64,000 nucleotides of DNA, taken from Candidatus Gorgyraea atricola. Lineage in GTDB: Bacteria; Omnitrophota; Gorgyraeia; Gorgyraeales; Gorgyraeaceae. The position numbers and the translations under genes are program-made. The stretch spans positions 140,939-204,938 of the forward strand of contig JAVCCW010000029.1 of the NCBI GenBank assembly GCA_030765235.1. The letters run 5' to 3'. Below, piece by piece: positions 9,767 through 18,357 of this stretch. Position 1 is the stretch's first letter, and each line of letters begins with the position of its first letter. The notes below the pieces were generated by a model that was not told the origin of the DNA, did not search any database, and saw only the letters and a program-made list of their open reading frames with translations.

Positions 9767-10371
9767 TGGAGATCGTTGTAGCCACGAGGAATCAGGATAA
9801 GCTCGAGGAAATAAAGGCGCTTCTAAAAGGCCTGCGCATAAAGGTCGTATCTCTGAATAACTTTAAGGGTGTTCCAGAAGTAATAGAGGATGGCAAGATT
9901 CTGGAGGCCAATGCAAAGAAAAAGGCAGTACAGGTCTCACGTTATTTGAAAAAATTGGCAGTAGCAGATGATTCTGGGTTAGAGGTCCTGGCCCTTAGGA
10001 ACAAGCCAGGTGTGTACTCTGCGCGTTTCTCAGGTAAAGGCGCTACGTATAGCAGCAATAATCAAAAGGTCTTGAGGTTGCTTAGAGATGTGCCTGCTGC
10101 GAAGAGAAAGGCATGTTTTAGATGCGTGGTAGCTGTTGCTGATAGAGGAAAGATAGTTGGCACAGTAGAAGGTAAGTGCAAAGGCAAGATAGGGTTTGAG
10201 CCAAGGGGTAAGGCCGGATTCGGATATGACCCTGTTTTTATACCCGAGGATCACAAAAAGACCTTTGCGGAAATAGGCATACGCAGGAAAAACAAGATAA
10301 GCCATAGAAGCAAGGCCCTGGTAAAGGCAAAGAAGGTTATAAAAAGATACGTTTTGACCCGTTCGACTTAG
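9763..10371 (+). CDS. rdgB: Non-canonical purine NTP pyrophosphatase
   Basis: ATRNQDK, ADDSGL, PGVYSAR, GFGYDP, KNKISHR; follows rph. Confidence 0.94.
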   Translation: MMEIVVATRNQDKLEEIKALLKGLRIKVVSLNNFKGVPEVIEDGKILEANAKKKAVQVSRYLKKLAVADDSGLEVLALRNKPGVYSARFSGKGATYSSNNQKVLRLLRDVPAAKRKACFRCVVAVADRGKIVGTVEGKCKGKIGFEPRGKAGFGYDPVFIPEDHKKTFAEIGIRRKNKISHRSKALVKAKKVIKRYVLTRST

Positions 10372-10436
10372 CTCAGGGTCAACCCTGAGCAAGCGAGCTC
10401 GCAAGCTTAATTAGTGCGAGCGCGTCGAAGGGTTGA
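10354..10436. repeat. REP-like TTCGAC..GCTCAGGG / CCTGAGC..GTCGAAGGG element; supplies the rdgB stop
   Basis: Near-identical ~49-bp segment at 12323-12371; related copies near 17550, 17807, 32447, 35755. Confidence 0.7.
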
Positions 10437-10530
10437 CTTTTTGAGGTAGTACTGATAAAATTATACGGCATGCCCAAGTAGTAAGGGGCGTGCCCCGTTC
10501 CATTTTTTCAATGAAATTGAAAAAATGGAA

Positions 10531-10608
10531 CGGGGCATGGCTCAGTTTGGCTAGAGCACCTGCTTTGGGAGCAGGGGGTCGCTGGTTCGAGTCCAGCTGC
10601 CCCGACCA
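10531..10608 (+). tRNA. tRNA-Pro(TGG)
   Basis: Cloverleaf, GTTCGA T-loop, anticodon TGG, encoded CCA. Confidence 0.95.
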
Positions 10609-10610
10609 CT

Positions 10611-10687
10611 GTCCCTGTAGCTCAGATGGATAGAGCATTTGCCTTCTAAGCAAAGGGTCGCCTGTTCGAATCAGGCCAGGGACGCCA
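10611..10687 (+). tRNA. tRNA-Arg(TCT)
   Basis: Stem TTTGC/GCAAA, anticodon TCT, CCA end. Confidence 0.95.
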
Positions 10688-10828
10688 CCCTACGCTCACA
10701 TGTGGCGATACTTCGCAGCAAGCTTCGGGTGGTAAACCACTTGACTTTAAAGCATGCTTGTCCTCCGAAGCATACTACAGAGATTGGCTATATTTGAGCG
10801 TAGGAGGACTTCGGGTGGCAAAGCCATC
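10688..10828. repeat. tRNA-abutting inverted doublet repeat (CCTACGCTC...CGGGTGG / CCGAAGCA...GAGCGTAGG)
   Basis: Homologous to 17039-17194 and 17326-17443. Confidence 0.7.
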
Positions 10829-10895
10829 CATAACATGCTACTGTGAATAGCTATATGTGAGTGACGGGTGATAAACCATACCATCTTTAAGTGGC

Positions 10896-11750
10896 ATGAG
10901 AAAAGTAGTATATATAATTTTATTTCTTCTAGTCATTGCTTCGCTGGTGGTTGGTTATCACTATGCAACAGAACATCTGAAATTGTTTGTTGCTAGATTT
11001 CTGGAAGAGAATTTTGAGGAGAAGATTTCTGTTGCTTCAGTAGGACTTGGATTGCCGCTTTGTCTTGAGCTGCGTGATGTGAAAGTAAATGATTCGATCG
11101 ACATAAGGAATGTCAGGCTTTATCTAAATCCCAAGTCCTTTTTGACGAAAAAAGATTTTATGGTTTCAAAAGTCAAGGTAATAGACCCTGTTGTGAGGAT
11201 AAAGAAGAAGGGGAAGAAGGGTTTTCAAGTCCTTAATTTTTTGAAAAAAGAAGAAGGCTTGGGTTCTTTAAAAGGATCAAGTTCAAATATTCATTGCTCC
11301 AAGGTATACATAAAGAATGGCACCTTGATATACGAGCACAAAGAAGGACAGAGCTTTCAACTAGTAAAGATCAGGGGGCGTGTTAATAGTCCAACTCTTT
11401 GTTCTCCAGGGAAAAGCATGTTCGAGTTTGACGCAAGCGGATTTTTTAAAAACAAAGATTCAGACTCCCTGGCGCCTTTGAGCCTGACTGGCATTGCCGG
11501 GTCAGATGATACAATAAACGCAAGGCTCCAGGTAAACGACATAAAACTGGCGAGTCGCCTGATAAAAGACCTGAGCGTCGATCTTAAAAGTGACATTGAG
11601 ATCTCAAAAAAGACTTTAGTGGCCAGATGTTTAGTTGAAGGGAAGAATATGCCAGCTACAGGGAGTTTTATTTTACTTGTTAATTTTAAAAATAATCTAA
11701 TTAAGATAAAGAATCTACAGGGCAATTTTTTAAAGTACATCCTTAATTAA
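10896..11750 (+). CDS. Membrane-anchored beta-rich protein (AsmA/DUF748-like, tentative)
   Basis: N-terminal TM helix followed by an alternating beta-strand pattern. Confidence 0.55.
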   Translation: MRKVVYIILFLLVIASLVVGYHYATEHLKLFVARFLEENFEEKISVASVGLGLPLCLELRDVKVNDSIDIRNVRLYLNPKSFLTKKDFMVSKVKVIDPVVRIKKKGKKGFQVLNFLKKEEGLGSLKGSSSNIHCSKVYIKNGTLIYEHKEGQSFQLVKIRGRVNSPTLCSPGKSMFEFDASGFFKNKDSDSLAPLSLTGIAGSDDTINARLQVNDIKLASRLIKDLSVDLKSDIEISKKTLVARCLVEGKNMPATGSFILLVNFKNNLIKIKNLQGNFLKYILN

Positions 11751-11758
11751 TACGACGC

Positions 11759-11833
11759 GGTGGCTATAGTGTAATGGCAGCACTAGAGATTGTGGTTCTC
11801 TTAGAGCGGGTTCAAATCCCGTTAGCCACCCCA
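11759..11833 (+). tRNA. tRNA-His(GTG)
   Basis: G-1, anticodon stem AGAGA/TCTCT around GTG, CCA. Confidence 0.95.
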
Positions 11834-11926
11834 GTTTTCTTGTAACATATTGATAATAAATGCGTTACTGGGATACCCCTGACGAGACGATTATAAGATT
11901 TTAAACAGGGGATAAGGAGTGAAAGC

Positions 11927-12199
11927 ATGGATTTAAACTCTATTAAAGAATCTATTGTTACAAAAGTATACCATCTCACTTCAGATACAAAAGTCCCTCT
12001 GCATAAACACGAAAAGAATGATGAAATTTTTTATTGTATAAAAGGCTCTGGTTTTGGAGTTTTAGAAGATGGAGAAGTAGAGTTAAGTATAGGAAAAGTA
12101 TTTATTGTTTCTGCTGGAACAATGCATTCGCTTAGAAGCGAAGAAAATCTTTATGTAAGTTCTTTTCTTGTTCCTGTAGTGGATGATAGCTTAGAATAA
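11927..12199 (+). CDS. Cupin domain protein
   Basis: PLHKHEKNDEIFY..GSG, AGTMHS; AAGGAG RBS. Confidence 0.85.
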   Translation: MDLNSIKESIVTKVYHLTSDTKVPLHKHEKNDEIFYCIKGSGFGVLEDGEVELSIGKVFIVSAGTMHSLRSEENLYVSSFLVPVVDDSLE

Positions 12200-12277
12200 T
12201 TTAAACTACATGCAATATTCTATTTGATCGATGGAGTTGGATAATAAACTAGTTCTAAACTCGCATAAGAAGAGACC

Positions 12278-12375
12278 CCATGGTTTGACGCGGCCGCCTT
12301 TGGCGGCCTTGCTCACCATGGTCCTGAGCAAGCGAACTCGCAAGCTTAACTATTGCGAGCGCGTCGAAGGGCCAT
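12278..12375. repeat. REP-like element, same family as 10354-10436
   Basis: CCTGAGCAAGCGAACTCGCAAGCTTAACTATTGCGAGCGCGTCGAAGGG. Confidence 0.7.
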
Positions 12376-12434
12376 CCGCCTCCTTCGTGCATGGGGCGAA
12401 TCAAAAGGATCAAAGAGCAATTCTTAAAATCCCC

Positions 12435-12494
12435 TTGACATTTTACAGGATATGTTGTATACTTTTATACAGAGAGTTGTATAAATATATACAA
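12435..12494 (+). promoter_or_regulatory. Sigma70 promoter overlapped by a 17-bp-arm inverted-repeat operator
   Basis: TTGACA-17-TATACT; TTGTATACTTTTATACA-gagagt-TGTATAAATATATACAA (15/17 match). Confidence 0.7.
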
Positions 12495-12502
12495 GTAATT
12501 GT

Positions 12503-13096
12503 ATGAAAGACTACAGAATAGATAATAAGCTGTTGCTGGATACTATTAGTGCGTGGAATAGGTTTCTTAAGAGAAAGGTGCGCCTTATTTCCTGTGGTGG
12601 TACAGCCTTGACTCTTTTAGGAATAAAAGCATCTACTAAGGATATTGATTTAATAGTTCCTGATTTAAAAGAATACGAGTATCTTATATCAATTTTAGAA
12701 CAGCTGGGATACAAGTCTGTAACCGGCTCAGGGTGGACGAGGGGCGATGGTCTTGTCTTTGACTTCTTTAGAGGAAAATTTGTCCATACTACTGAATTAT
12801 TGGAGTCACCATTGAAAGAGAAAAATCATACTTTGATCAAAGAATTCAGCTATATCTACTTAGGAGTTCTTAATTATTACGATCTTATAATTAGTAAATT
12901 GTTTAGAGGTAATGGTGTAGACATCGAAGATTGCAGTTCTTTAATAAAGGCAAAACAAAAAGATATAGACTTGAAATTATTAGAGCAGAGATTCAAAGAA
13001 ACAGCCTCTTATGATATTTCAGAAGATAGGGTAAATAAAAATCTAAAGCATTTTTTGAGCACTGTTAAACAAAAAGGATTAAGCAATGGTCGATAA
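12503..13096 (+). CDS. Pol-beta-type nucleotidyltransferase (DUF6036/AbiEii-like)
   Basis: CGGTALTL...TKDIDL motif; LIISKLFR..DIED. Confidence 0.75.
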   Translation: MKDYRIDNKLLLDTISAWNRFLKRKVRLISCGGTALTLLGIKASTKDIDLIVPDLKEYEYLISILEQLGYKSVTGSGWTRGDGLVFDFFRGKFVHTTELLESPLKEKNHTLIKEFSYIYLGVLNYYDLIISKLFRGNGVDIEDCSSLIKAKQKDIDLKLLEQRFKETASYDISEDRVNKNLKHFLSTVKQKGLSNGR

Positions 13097-13751
13097 GAGT
13101 CTTTTGAGAAGATTAAATAAGTTAGGGTTCCCTTTATTTGAGACGGAAGAGGTGCAGGACGCAAATGCTACCTTAGCAGAAGTAGTGCAAAGTAAAGACC
13201 TTCGTCTATGGGAAGGATTTTCTTTATTATTGGCGAATAGCGCGGAAAAAGGACTTTTCGATTATGATGTGGTTAAGCATAGTCTTAAGAAGTTACCTGA
13301 TAAAGTTGATTTGACAGCGCTATTAATAATGTCACTTGCCCTTTATAGGACTTTAAATATAAAGTTTTCATGGGCAGATAAATTATATAAGAATTTAAAC
13401 GCCAAAAGTAAGAAAGAATTCAGCGCTCTTTTAAATAAGTTAAAAAAGGACGAAGACTTTAAACTTGGTGGGCGAGTGATGTCCAGTCAGAGATTGAAAA
13501 CTATATTTGCTAACTATTATAATCAAAGAGACTCGAGTCTTAGCGAATTGCTTTCAGCAAGAGAAGAATTAGGCCTTGAATACGCATTGTCACAGGTTTT
13601 TTCCCCTAAACAAAAAGAGCTTTTTTTGAAAAAGCTAAAAGGCGAAAAAATGACTAAGACAGAAAAAGAATATTACTCTAGGGCCGTAAAAAAGAAAGTC
13701 TTGGCATTGGCGAATACAGAATTACATCGTCTATCGCGCAAGATAGCTTGA
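13086..13751 (+). CDS. Hypothetical protein coupled to the nucleotidyltransferase; basic helical C-terminus
   Basis: 11-bp overlap with upstream gene; FSPKQKELFLKK..TKTEKEYYSRAVKKK. Confidence 0.75.
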   Translation: MVDKSLLRRLNKLGFPLFETEEVQDANATLAEVVQSKDLRLWEGFSLLLANSAEKGLFDYDVVKHSLKKLPDKVDLTALLIMSLALYRTLNIKFSWADKLYKNLNAKSKKEFSALLNKLKKDEDFKLGGRVMSSQRLKTIFANYYNQRDSSLSELLSAREELGLEYALSQVFSPKQKELFLKKLKGEKMTKTEKEYYSRAVKKKVLALANTELHRLSRKIA

Positions 13752-13816
13752 TTTAAATCTTGCTATTCTAACTTTCTGGATGTAGAATAATCCATCAAAT
13801 TTGCTTAGGAGGCACA

Positions 13817-14554
13817 TTGAGTAGAGATACAATGAGTAGAGATACAATGCTTTTATATGGCAGGAATTCGGTGTATGAGCGGTTGAAGGCTAATCCGAGG
13901 AGCATAAGGACTGTGTTTCTGCAGGATGGTATTGAGCTTTGGCATATTGAGAAATTGGTACGCAAGAATCATATAGAGATGGCGCGTGTGAGTCCGAGGC
14001 AACTGTCCAAGATGAAACACCCTAAGGACCTGCAGGGTGTGGTTGCCAAGGTGGAGAAGTTCAGCTATGCTGACTTTGATGATCTGTTGAATAAAAAGAC
14101 CACGCTTATTTTTCTGGATAGGCTTAATGATCCTCAGAATCTAGGTGTTATCATTCGAACAGCAGCGTGTTTTGGAGGATTTGCGATCGTTATACCTAAG
14201 TTTAATGCGTGCGAGGTTACAGAAGCGGTTTTACATGTTGCATCAGGCGGTGAGAATTTCATAGCAGTTAGTATGATCTCGAATATCTCAAGCTCCATAC
14301 TAAAGGCAAAGAAAAAGGGATACTGGGTCATGGGAGGCGTTGTTGGTGACGATGCGCAGGACATTAACAGTATTTCTATTCCTTTTCCTTTAGGACTCAT
14401 ATTAGGATCAGAAGGTGGAGGGATCCGTCATGGCATTGACAAGCAGCTGGATGTAAAGGCGCGTATACCCATGAAGGGCGCTAATCTTTCCTTTAATGTG
14501 GCGATCTCCTGCGCCATCTTTTGCCACGAGATAGCCAAGCAGAGAAAATCATGA
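13817..14554 (+). CDS. rlmB: TrmH/SpoU family rRNA methyltransferase (RlmB-like)
   Basis: DPQNLGVIIRTA, LGSEGGG, IPMKG..SFNVA; 15-bp duplication at the 5' end makes the start uncertain. Confidence 0.85.
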   Translation: MSRDTMSRDTMLLYGRNSVYERLKANPRSIRTVFLQDGIELWHIEKLVRKNHIEMARVSPRQLSKMKHPKDLQGVVAKVEKFSYADFDDLLNKKTTLIFLDRLNDPQNLGVIIRTAACFGGFAIVIPKFNACEVTEAVLHVASGGENFIAVSMISNISSSILKAKKKGYWVMGGVVGDDAQDINSISIPFPLGLILGSEGGGIRHGIDKQLDVKARIPMKGANLSFNVAISCAIFCHEIAKQRKS

Positions 14555-15099
14555 ATATTCAGGATGCCTGGGGAAAGGCGTTAAAAAAGACAAAGATAAT
14601 ACGTCCTCGCGCGCAGGAGCTACAGACCTTTTCTGACACGAATATCTCGTATACATTTTTGGCAGAGGCATTAGTGAATAAGGGCGATACTATTGTAAGA
14701 CAGGGCGAGGTTATGGTGGAAAAACCTGCGATCATACTACCTTCTAATCTGCCGCAGTTCGAGGGTTTTGATTTTGAGAAGGAATTAGAGATCGGTCACG
14801 AGATGGTCATGAATTTTCTTCTTGTAAGAGGTGTGAATTTTCCTTCCATGAAGTACAATAATAAAACAGCGTCGCTTAATATTTACGACGGCCACATAGA
14901 AAAGGCGATTTCGTATCACTCTGATATGTTGCAGCGCAAGGAAGACGTACATTCCGGGCTGGTTGTCGGACCTGAGGACTGCTGGCAGTTTTCAGTGCTG
15001 ATCTTTATTTGCACCCAGATCGCCAAGTCAGCCAATAGCGACATAAGAAGATTGTTAGAGCGTTTCAATAAAGAAGACAGACCCCATTCCAAATTCTAG
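14551..15099 (+). CDS. Hypothetical protein
   Basis: ATGA-coupled to rlmB; genome-typical codon style; stop supplied by the MITE. Confidence 0.75.
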   Translation: MNIQDAWGKALKKTKIIRPRAQELQTFSDTNISYTFLAEALVNKGDTIVRQGEVMVEKPAIILPSNLPQFEGFDFEKELEIGHEMVMNFLLVRGVNFPSMKYNNKTASLNIYDGHIEKAISYHSDMLQRKEDVHSGLVVGPEDCWQFSVLIFICTQIAKSANSDIRRLLERFNKEDRPHSKF

Positions 15100-15181
15100 T
15101 CGATAGTCAATTTGCTGTTTGTAACTAACTGCGGGCAATTCTCGTAGATTATTTGATGATTTTTAAGAATTTGGAACGGGG
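15082..15181. mobile_element. 100-bp MITE-like element, diverged copy
   Basis: Same TIRs and length as 914-1013. Confidence 0.7.
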
Positions 15182-15207
15182 CAAGCCTCGCTAATCCCCA
15201 CCACCTA

Positions 15208-16212
15208 ATGCAAAAGAAAAATATCAAGAATTTTACAATTGAAGAATTAAAGGAAGAACTGGGCAAGCTCTCAGAGGCATCTTACAGGGCGAATCAGCTT
15301 TTTGAGTGGATATATAAGAAAGGCGCGCGCAGTTTTGATGAGATGGGTAATCTGCCGAAATCTTTCAGGGATAAACTTGGTAGAGTTTTTTGCCTGGGAG
15401 GTGTTAAGCTAAAGGAGAGGCTTAAATCCAGGGATGGCACTGAGAAGTTTTTGTTTGAATTAGAGGACGGTGGTCTTATAGAGAGCGTACTTATACCAAG
15501 CAGCTCAAGAAAAACGATCTGCCTTTCCACGCAGGTCGGATGTAAATTTGGGTGTGCGTTTTGCGCAAGCGGCCTCAAAGGATTCAAGAGAGACCTTTTT
15601 CCGTCAGAGATCCTTGACCAGATTATTCTTGTGGGCGGTGAGATAACAAATTTTGTGTTTATGGGCATGGGCGAGCCGCTGGATAATTTTGAGAATCTGA
15701 AAAGAGTGATCGAGATAATGAATTCTCCATTAGGTCTGGGTATCGGCGCCAGGAGAATAACTGTTTCAACGTGCGGGATAATACCCGGGATCAGGAGATT
15801 TAAGGAAATAGATCTTCAAGTAAATCTCTCGATATCTCTTCACGCTGCCAATAATAAACTTCGAAGTAGTCTGATGTCTATCAATAAAAAGTATCCTTTG
15901 GAAGAGTTGATAGCAGCATGTAATGATTTTTCAGGAAGGATGATCACGCTCGAATATATATTAATCAAGGATAAGAATGATTCACTAAGGGACGCAAATG
16001 AACTTTCTCACATAGCTAAAAAAATAAAGGCCAAGATAAATCTCATTCCTTATAGTCCTGTGTCTGGGAAGAGATTCAAGGTGCCCACTGGGAAAGATAT
16101 TGAGCTATTTCAGAAGAGACTGGTCAAAAACAGCGTGAATGTAACTCTTCGCGAGTCAAAAGGTAAAGACATCTTTGCTGCCTGCGGCCAGCTGGCAATG
16201 AAAAATAGTTGA
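15208..16212 (+). CDS. rlmN: 23S rRNA/tRNA m2A methyltransferase
   Basis: CLSTQVGCKFGCAFC, FMGMGEP, ISLHA, AACGQL. Confidence 0.96.
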   Translation: MQKKNIKNFTIEELKEELGKLSEASYRANQLFEWIYKKGARSFDEMGNLPKSFRDKLGRVFCLGGVKLKERLKSRDGTEKFLFELEDGGLIESVLIPSSSRKTICLSTQVGCKFGCAFCASGLKGFKRDLFPSEILDQIILVGGEITNFVFMGMGEPLDNFENLKRVIEIMNSPLGLGIGARRITVSTCGIIPGIRRFKEIDLQVNLSISLHAANNKLRSSLMSINKKYPLEELIAACNDFSGRMITLEYILIKDKNDSLRDANELSHIAKKIKAKINLIPYSPVSGKRFKVPTGKDIELFQKRLVKNSVNVTLRESKGKDIFAACGQLAMKNS

Positions 16213-16238
16213 AAGAATCTGACCCTCTTTTTGTGTCT
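16209..16238 (+). promoter_or_regulatory. TTGAAAGAA-N14-TGTGTCT motif, copy 3, upstream of radC
   Basis: Identical boxes and spacing to the copies at 1142 and 1793. Confidence 0.5.
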
Positions 16239-16242
16239 ATTA

Positions 16243-16278
16243 TAATAGTAGCCCAGGTTTAAACCTGGGTTACTATTA
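16243..16278. repeat. GTAG-REP palindrome
   Basis: TAATAGTAGCCCAGGTTTAAACCTGGGTTACTATTA. Confidence 0.85.
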
Positions 16279-16296
16279 AAAAAAGGGGGTTTTATT

Positions 16297-16971
16297 ATGG
16301 CTATAGATAGCTGGCCTAAAGATGAAAGGCCAAGGGAGAGGCTTTTTAAGCACGGAGAGCACACGCTGAATAGTTCAGAGCTTCTGGCGATATTGTTTGG
16401 ACAAGGGTCAGAAGGCAAGAGCGCAGTGGAATTAGGGAGCGAACTCATAACGCATTTTAAGACATTTCGCAATATGAGTCATACTGATATTGTTCAGTTG
16501 CAGGGTTTCAAAGGCATGGGCAGGGCAAAGATCGCCAGGCTTAGAGCAACATTTGAGATAGCCAGGAGATTTATGAGCGAGGAAAAACAGCCTGGATACA
16601 GGGTCAGATCGCCAAGAGAGGTAGCTGATTTTTTAATGCCAAGGTTAAGGGACCTAAAAAAGGAGATATTTAAAATATTGCTTCTAGATGGCAAAAATAA
16701 TATAATAGATATACTTGAGGTAGAGGAAGGTTCGGTTGATCGGGCAGCGCCTCAGATCAGGGAGGTAATGGTAAAGGCGCTCCAGAATTTTGCCACAAGC
16801 ATTATTGCGGTACATAATCATCCATCTGGAGACCCTGAGCCGAGTGAAGAGGATGTCTTGTTTACTGAGAATCTTAAGGCAGCAGGTGAAGTGCTTCAGC
16901 TGAACGTGCTGGATCATATTATAATAGGAGACAATAGGTTTTATAGTTTCACTGACGAAAAGCGCCTATAG
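16297..16971 (+). CDS. radC: RadC (JAB domain) protein
   Basis: ERPRERL, ELLAIL, HNHPSGDPEPSEED, LDHIIIG. Confidence 0.95.
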   Translation: MAIDSWPKDERPRERLFKHGEHTLNSSELLAILFGQGSEGKSAVELGSELITHFKTFRNMSHTDIVQLQGFKGMGRAKIARLRATFEIARRFMSEEKQPGYRVRSPREVADFLMPRLRDLKKEIFKILLLDGKNNIIDILEVEEGSVDRAAPQIREVMVKALQNFATSIIAVHNHPSGDPEPSEEDVLFTENLKAAGEVLQLNVLDHIIIGDNRFYSFTDEKRL

Positions 16972-17038
16972 CTCAATCGGATAGAGTGGCTGGCTTCGAA
17001 CCAGTAGGTTGGAGGTTCAAATCCTCCTAGGCGCGCCA
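16962..17038 (+). tRNA. tRNA-Arg(TCG)
   Basis: Cloverleaf, anticodon TCG, CCA; overlaps the radC stop. Confidence 0.92.
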
Positions 17039-17194
17039 CCCTACGTTCACATGGGGTTAATCTTCGTAGCATACTACGGATGGCAAGCCACCTTTAGTCT
17101 TCGAAGCATGCTACAGAGATTAGCAACGCATGAGCGTAGGAGACCTTTGCTCAAATATAGCGATTCTTCGTAGCATGCTACGGGTGGCAAGCCA
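17039..17194. repeat. tRNA-abutting repeat (three units)
   Basis: CTTCGTAGCAT.CTACGG.TGGCAAGCCA units in direct and inverted orientation. Confidence 0.7.
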
Positions 17195-17249
17195 TTTGTG
17201 TGTTGACTACATATCTGTTCTATGATATATTACTGAAACTTGGGTAGTC

Positions 17250-17325
17250 GCCCCCATAGCTCAGCTGGTAGAGCAGATCACTCTTAATGATAAGGTCACA
17301 GGTTCGAGCCCTGTTGGGGGTACCA
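17250..17325 (+). tRNA. tRNA-Lys(CTT)
   Basis: Anticodon CTT, GGTTCGA, CCA. Confidence 0.95.
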
Positions 17326-17443
17326 TCCTACGCTCACATAGAGCGATTCTTCGTAGCATGCTACGGGTGGCAAGCCACCTAATTTTAAAAAGGGCTTGCC
17401 CGCCGAAGCAAACTTCGAAGATTAGCAGCACATGAGCGTAGGC
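17326..17443. repeat. Inverted doublet repeat filling the tRNA-Lys/tRNA-Leu spacer
   Basis: CCTACGCTCA...GGCAAGCC / GGCTTGCC...TGAGCGTAGG. Confidence 0.7.
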
Positions 17444-17528
17444 GGGCGGATGGTGAAACTGGCAGACACGCTAGCCTTAGGAGCTAGTGGAGCAATCCAT
17501 GGAGGTTCGACTCCTCTTCCGCCCACCA
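17444..17528 (+). tRNA. tRNA-Leu(TAG)
   Basis: Long variable arm, stem CTAGC/GCTAG around TAG, CCA. Confidence 0.95.
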
Positions 17529-17710
17529 AATCCGCCGAAGGCGGATTTGATCCTGAGCGAGCGTAATGAGGCAACGAATAGGAGCCTCATAGCGAAGTGA
17601 AGGACCTTTGACAAAGTGAATGAGTAGAATTTGTCCCTCAGTGCCTACAATGCTCCTGCTCGTCGCATTGTTTAACGGCACTTCGGGATGAAATTTACTT
17701 CGTAAATTTC

Positions 17711-17785
17711 GCGGGAGTAGCTCAGTGGTAGAGCTTTTCGTTGCCAACGAAAAGGTCGCGGGTTCGAGCCCCGTCTCCCGCTCCA
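17711..17785 (+). tRNA. tRNA-Gly(GCC)
   Basis: GCGGGAG acceptor, anticodon GCC, TCCA end. Confidence 0.95.
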
Positions 17786-17883
17786 ATTTCGCCGAAGGCG
17801 AAATTGATCCTGAGGATGTGACGAATAGGAACATCCGAAGGATCTAAATATTTTTACGCAGTCTAAAACAGGAGGATACACAC

Positions 17884-18354
17884 GTGAAGATTCTTGATTT
17901 TTTGAACGAAAAGGCAATTTCGGCAAATCTGAAGTCACAGAACAAAAAAGGAGTCATACAGGAACTCACTGATTCATTGATCAAAGCAGGGGAATTGAAA
18001 CCCCGGATGAAGGACCCAGTAGTCAAGGTACTCCTCAACAGGGAGGCGCTTGGTTCAACAGGCATTGGCCAGGGTGTCGCTATCCCGCACGGCAAATGCG
18101 AATATACGAAGGAACTCGTAGGCGCTTTTGGCGTATCGAAACAGGGTATAAATTTCGATTCTCTTGATGGAGAGCCAGCGTATATATTTTTCCTTTTACT
18201 CGCCCCCATAGAATCATCCGGTCCTCACCTCAAGGCACTCGCCCGCATATCAAAGTTACTAAAAGACAAATATTTTAGAGATTCGTTAAAGAAAGCAGAA
18301 AACGAAAAGGCTCTACTTAAGATCATAAAAGAAGAAGATCAGAGAAGATCATAA
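17884..18354 (+). CDS. ptsN: PTS EIIA (Ntr/fructose type)
   Basis: REALGSTGIGQGVAIPHG, HLKALARIS. Confidence 0.88.
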   Translation: MKILDFLNEKAISANLKSQNKKGVIQELTDSLIKAGELKPRMKDPVVKVLLNREALGSTGIGQGVAIPHGKCEYTKELVGAFGVSKQGINFDSLDGEPAYIFFLLLAPIESSGPHLKALARISKLLKDKYFRDSLKKAENEKALLKIIKEEDQRRS

Positions 18355-18357
18355 AAT

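Noticed and set aside
10411-10653. Minus-strand ORFs at 10411-10653, 17484-17834 and 17672-17938
   Set aside because: Antisense shadows of tRNA genes and repeats.
12231-12506. 91-aa ORF as a possible antitoxin
   Set aside because: Composed of a REP-like element plus the promoter/operator; not protein-like.
17039-17443. CRISPR-like repeats between tRNAs
   Set aside because: Units are inverted, degenerate and irregularly spaced.
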